Notes under the pieces: model-generated
The model's input: the letters and a program-made list of their open reading frames with translations, nothing else
Databases searched by the model: none
Told to the model about the DNA's origin: nothing
Program-made: the position numbers and the translations under genes
DNA from: Prasinococcaceae sp. CCMP 1430
Lineage: Eukaryota > Plantae > Prasinodermophyta
NCBI GenBank assembly: GCA_013416795.1
Contig: RQSC01000030.1
Location: 252,038-279,814, forward strand
DNA length: 27,777 bases
Reading direction: 5' to 3'
Shown: positions 27,171-27,777 of the stretch, piece by piece
Layout: each line of letters starts with the position of its first letter
How positions within the stretch are numbered: position 1 is the first letter of the stretch

Positions 27171-27188
27171 CCGACCGACCGACCGACC
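27171..27188. repeat. (CCGA)n microsatellite, one of several CCGA/TCGG and CCAG/CTGG short arrays in 26960-27570
   Basis: Directly visible. Confidence 0.7.
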
Positions 27189-27604
27189 TCCGAGGATCTT
27201 CCCCTCGTCGTTCCCGCCGGCGAGCCGCGATCCGCTCGCGCGCGATCGCGGGGAGGCTGCGAACGAACCGGCGCGCCGGGAGGGCGCGCCCGCAGCAGAG
27301 ATCCGCCGCCTCGGGCGGGTGCGTGCGGGCGCGCGCACTCAGCATCCCAGCTCCCAACAAACAACCAGCCACCAGCCAGCCAGGCGCCAGCCAGCTATGC
27401 CGGGGGGGGGTCGGTCGGTCGGGACTGGCTGGCTGAGCACGCTCTCGACCGCTTGCGAGCCCTCTCGCGCTCTCGCTCACGTCCCGGCCCGCCGAGCAGA
27501 GCCCCGCCACACTGCACCGCCGCGGCCCGGCCAGGCCCGCGAGCCGAGCGCTGACCGACCGACTGCCGGTGTCACGCGTTCGGGGTACGGTTCGAAGACT
27601 CACG

Positions 27605-27700
27605 AGCGCATTCTCCCTTCAAGTTGCCCATCTCACATACACACCCTAAATGATGAACACGAATTATATCAAAAGTCATTATTTTGTAAACCCTGTTTGG
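27605..27700. promoter_or_regulatory. AT-rich island with telo-box-like motifs
   Basis: CCCTAAA 27644-27650, TAAACCCT 27687-27694; a perfect minus-strand donor GTGAGT at 27603-27598 lies just inside. Confidence 0.4.
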
Positions 27701-27777
27701 CCGTTGCGGCGCGCCCGCGCGCTCGCGGCCGCTGGCTGGGAGCGGAAGCGCCGCCGCCTCGCGACCGCCGCCGCCCG

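Noticed and set aside
27373-27435. 11-bp inverted repeat CAGCCAGCCAG / CTGGCTGGCTG as MITE termini
   Set aside because: Both arms are microsatellite sequence, there is no target-site duplication, and the element is very short.
27650-27777. ATGATGA box-C-like motif (also at 22091, and CTGATGC...CTGA at 6336-6406) suggesting C/D snoRNAs
   Set aside because: No downstream CTGA box D at 27650 or 22091. The 6336 candidate has a poor box C, no terminal stem and no recognisable rRNA antisense element.

Overview
Compact, very GC-rich, intron-poor eukaryotic chromosome segment. It is most likely a prasinophyte-grade green alga (inference from the LHCSR gene with a green-type plastid transit peptide, TGTAA poly(A) signals, GT-AG introns with CTGAC branch points and TTTAGGG-type telo-box motifs). 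About 13 genes are supported, in order: methylcrotonyl-CoA carboxylase alpha (+), EML/HELP-WD40 protein (-), unknown 2-TM protein (-), RPA34-like Lys-tailed protein (+), fibrillin plus FABP-like fusion (-), an unresolved hypothetical locus, LHCSR/LHCX (+), a very long Ser-Pro extensin-like single-pass membrane protein (-), TEX30/KANSL3-type alpha/beta hydrolase (+), two-exon PGM2-type phosphomutase (-), spliced TPR + AspH-type dioxygenase (-, last exon not found), proteasome RPN12 (+) and a GATA factor (-). Four N gaps (11184-11501, 16701-16886, 23394-23509, 26388-26742) hide three gene 5' regions and part of the Pro repeat. I see no CRISPR array, rRNA, tRNA, transposase or prokaryotic-type system. 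The best novelty candidates are protein architectures (Cys-hairpin/extensin-stalk/TM/NPLF receptor; fibrillin-FABP double barrel; animal-like TPR-AspH) and recurring promoter motifs. All family assignments come from motif recognition from memory, with no database search.
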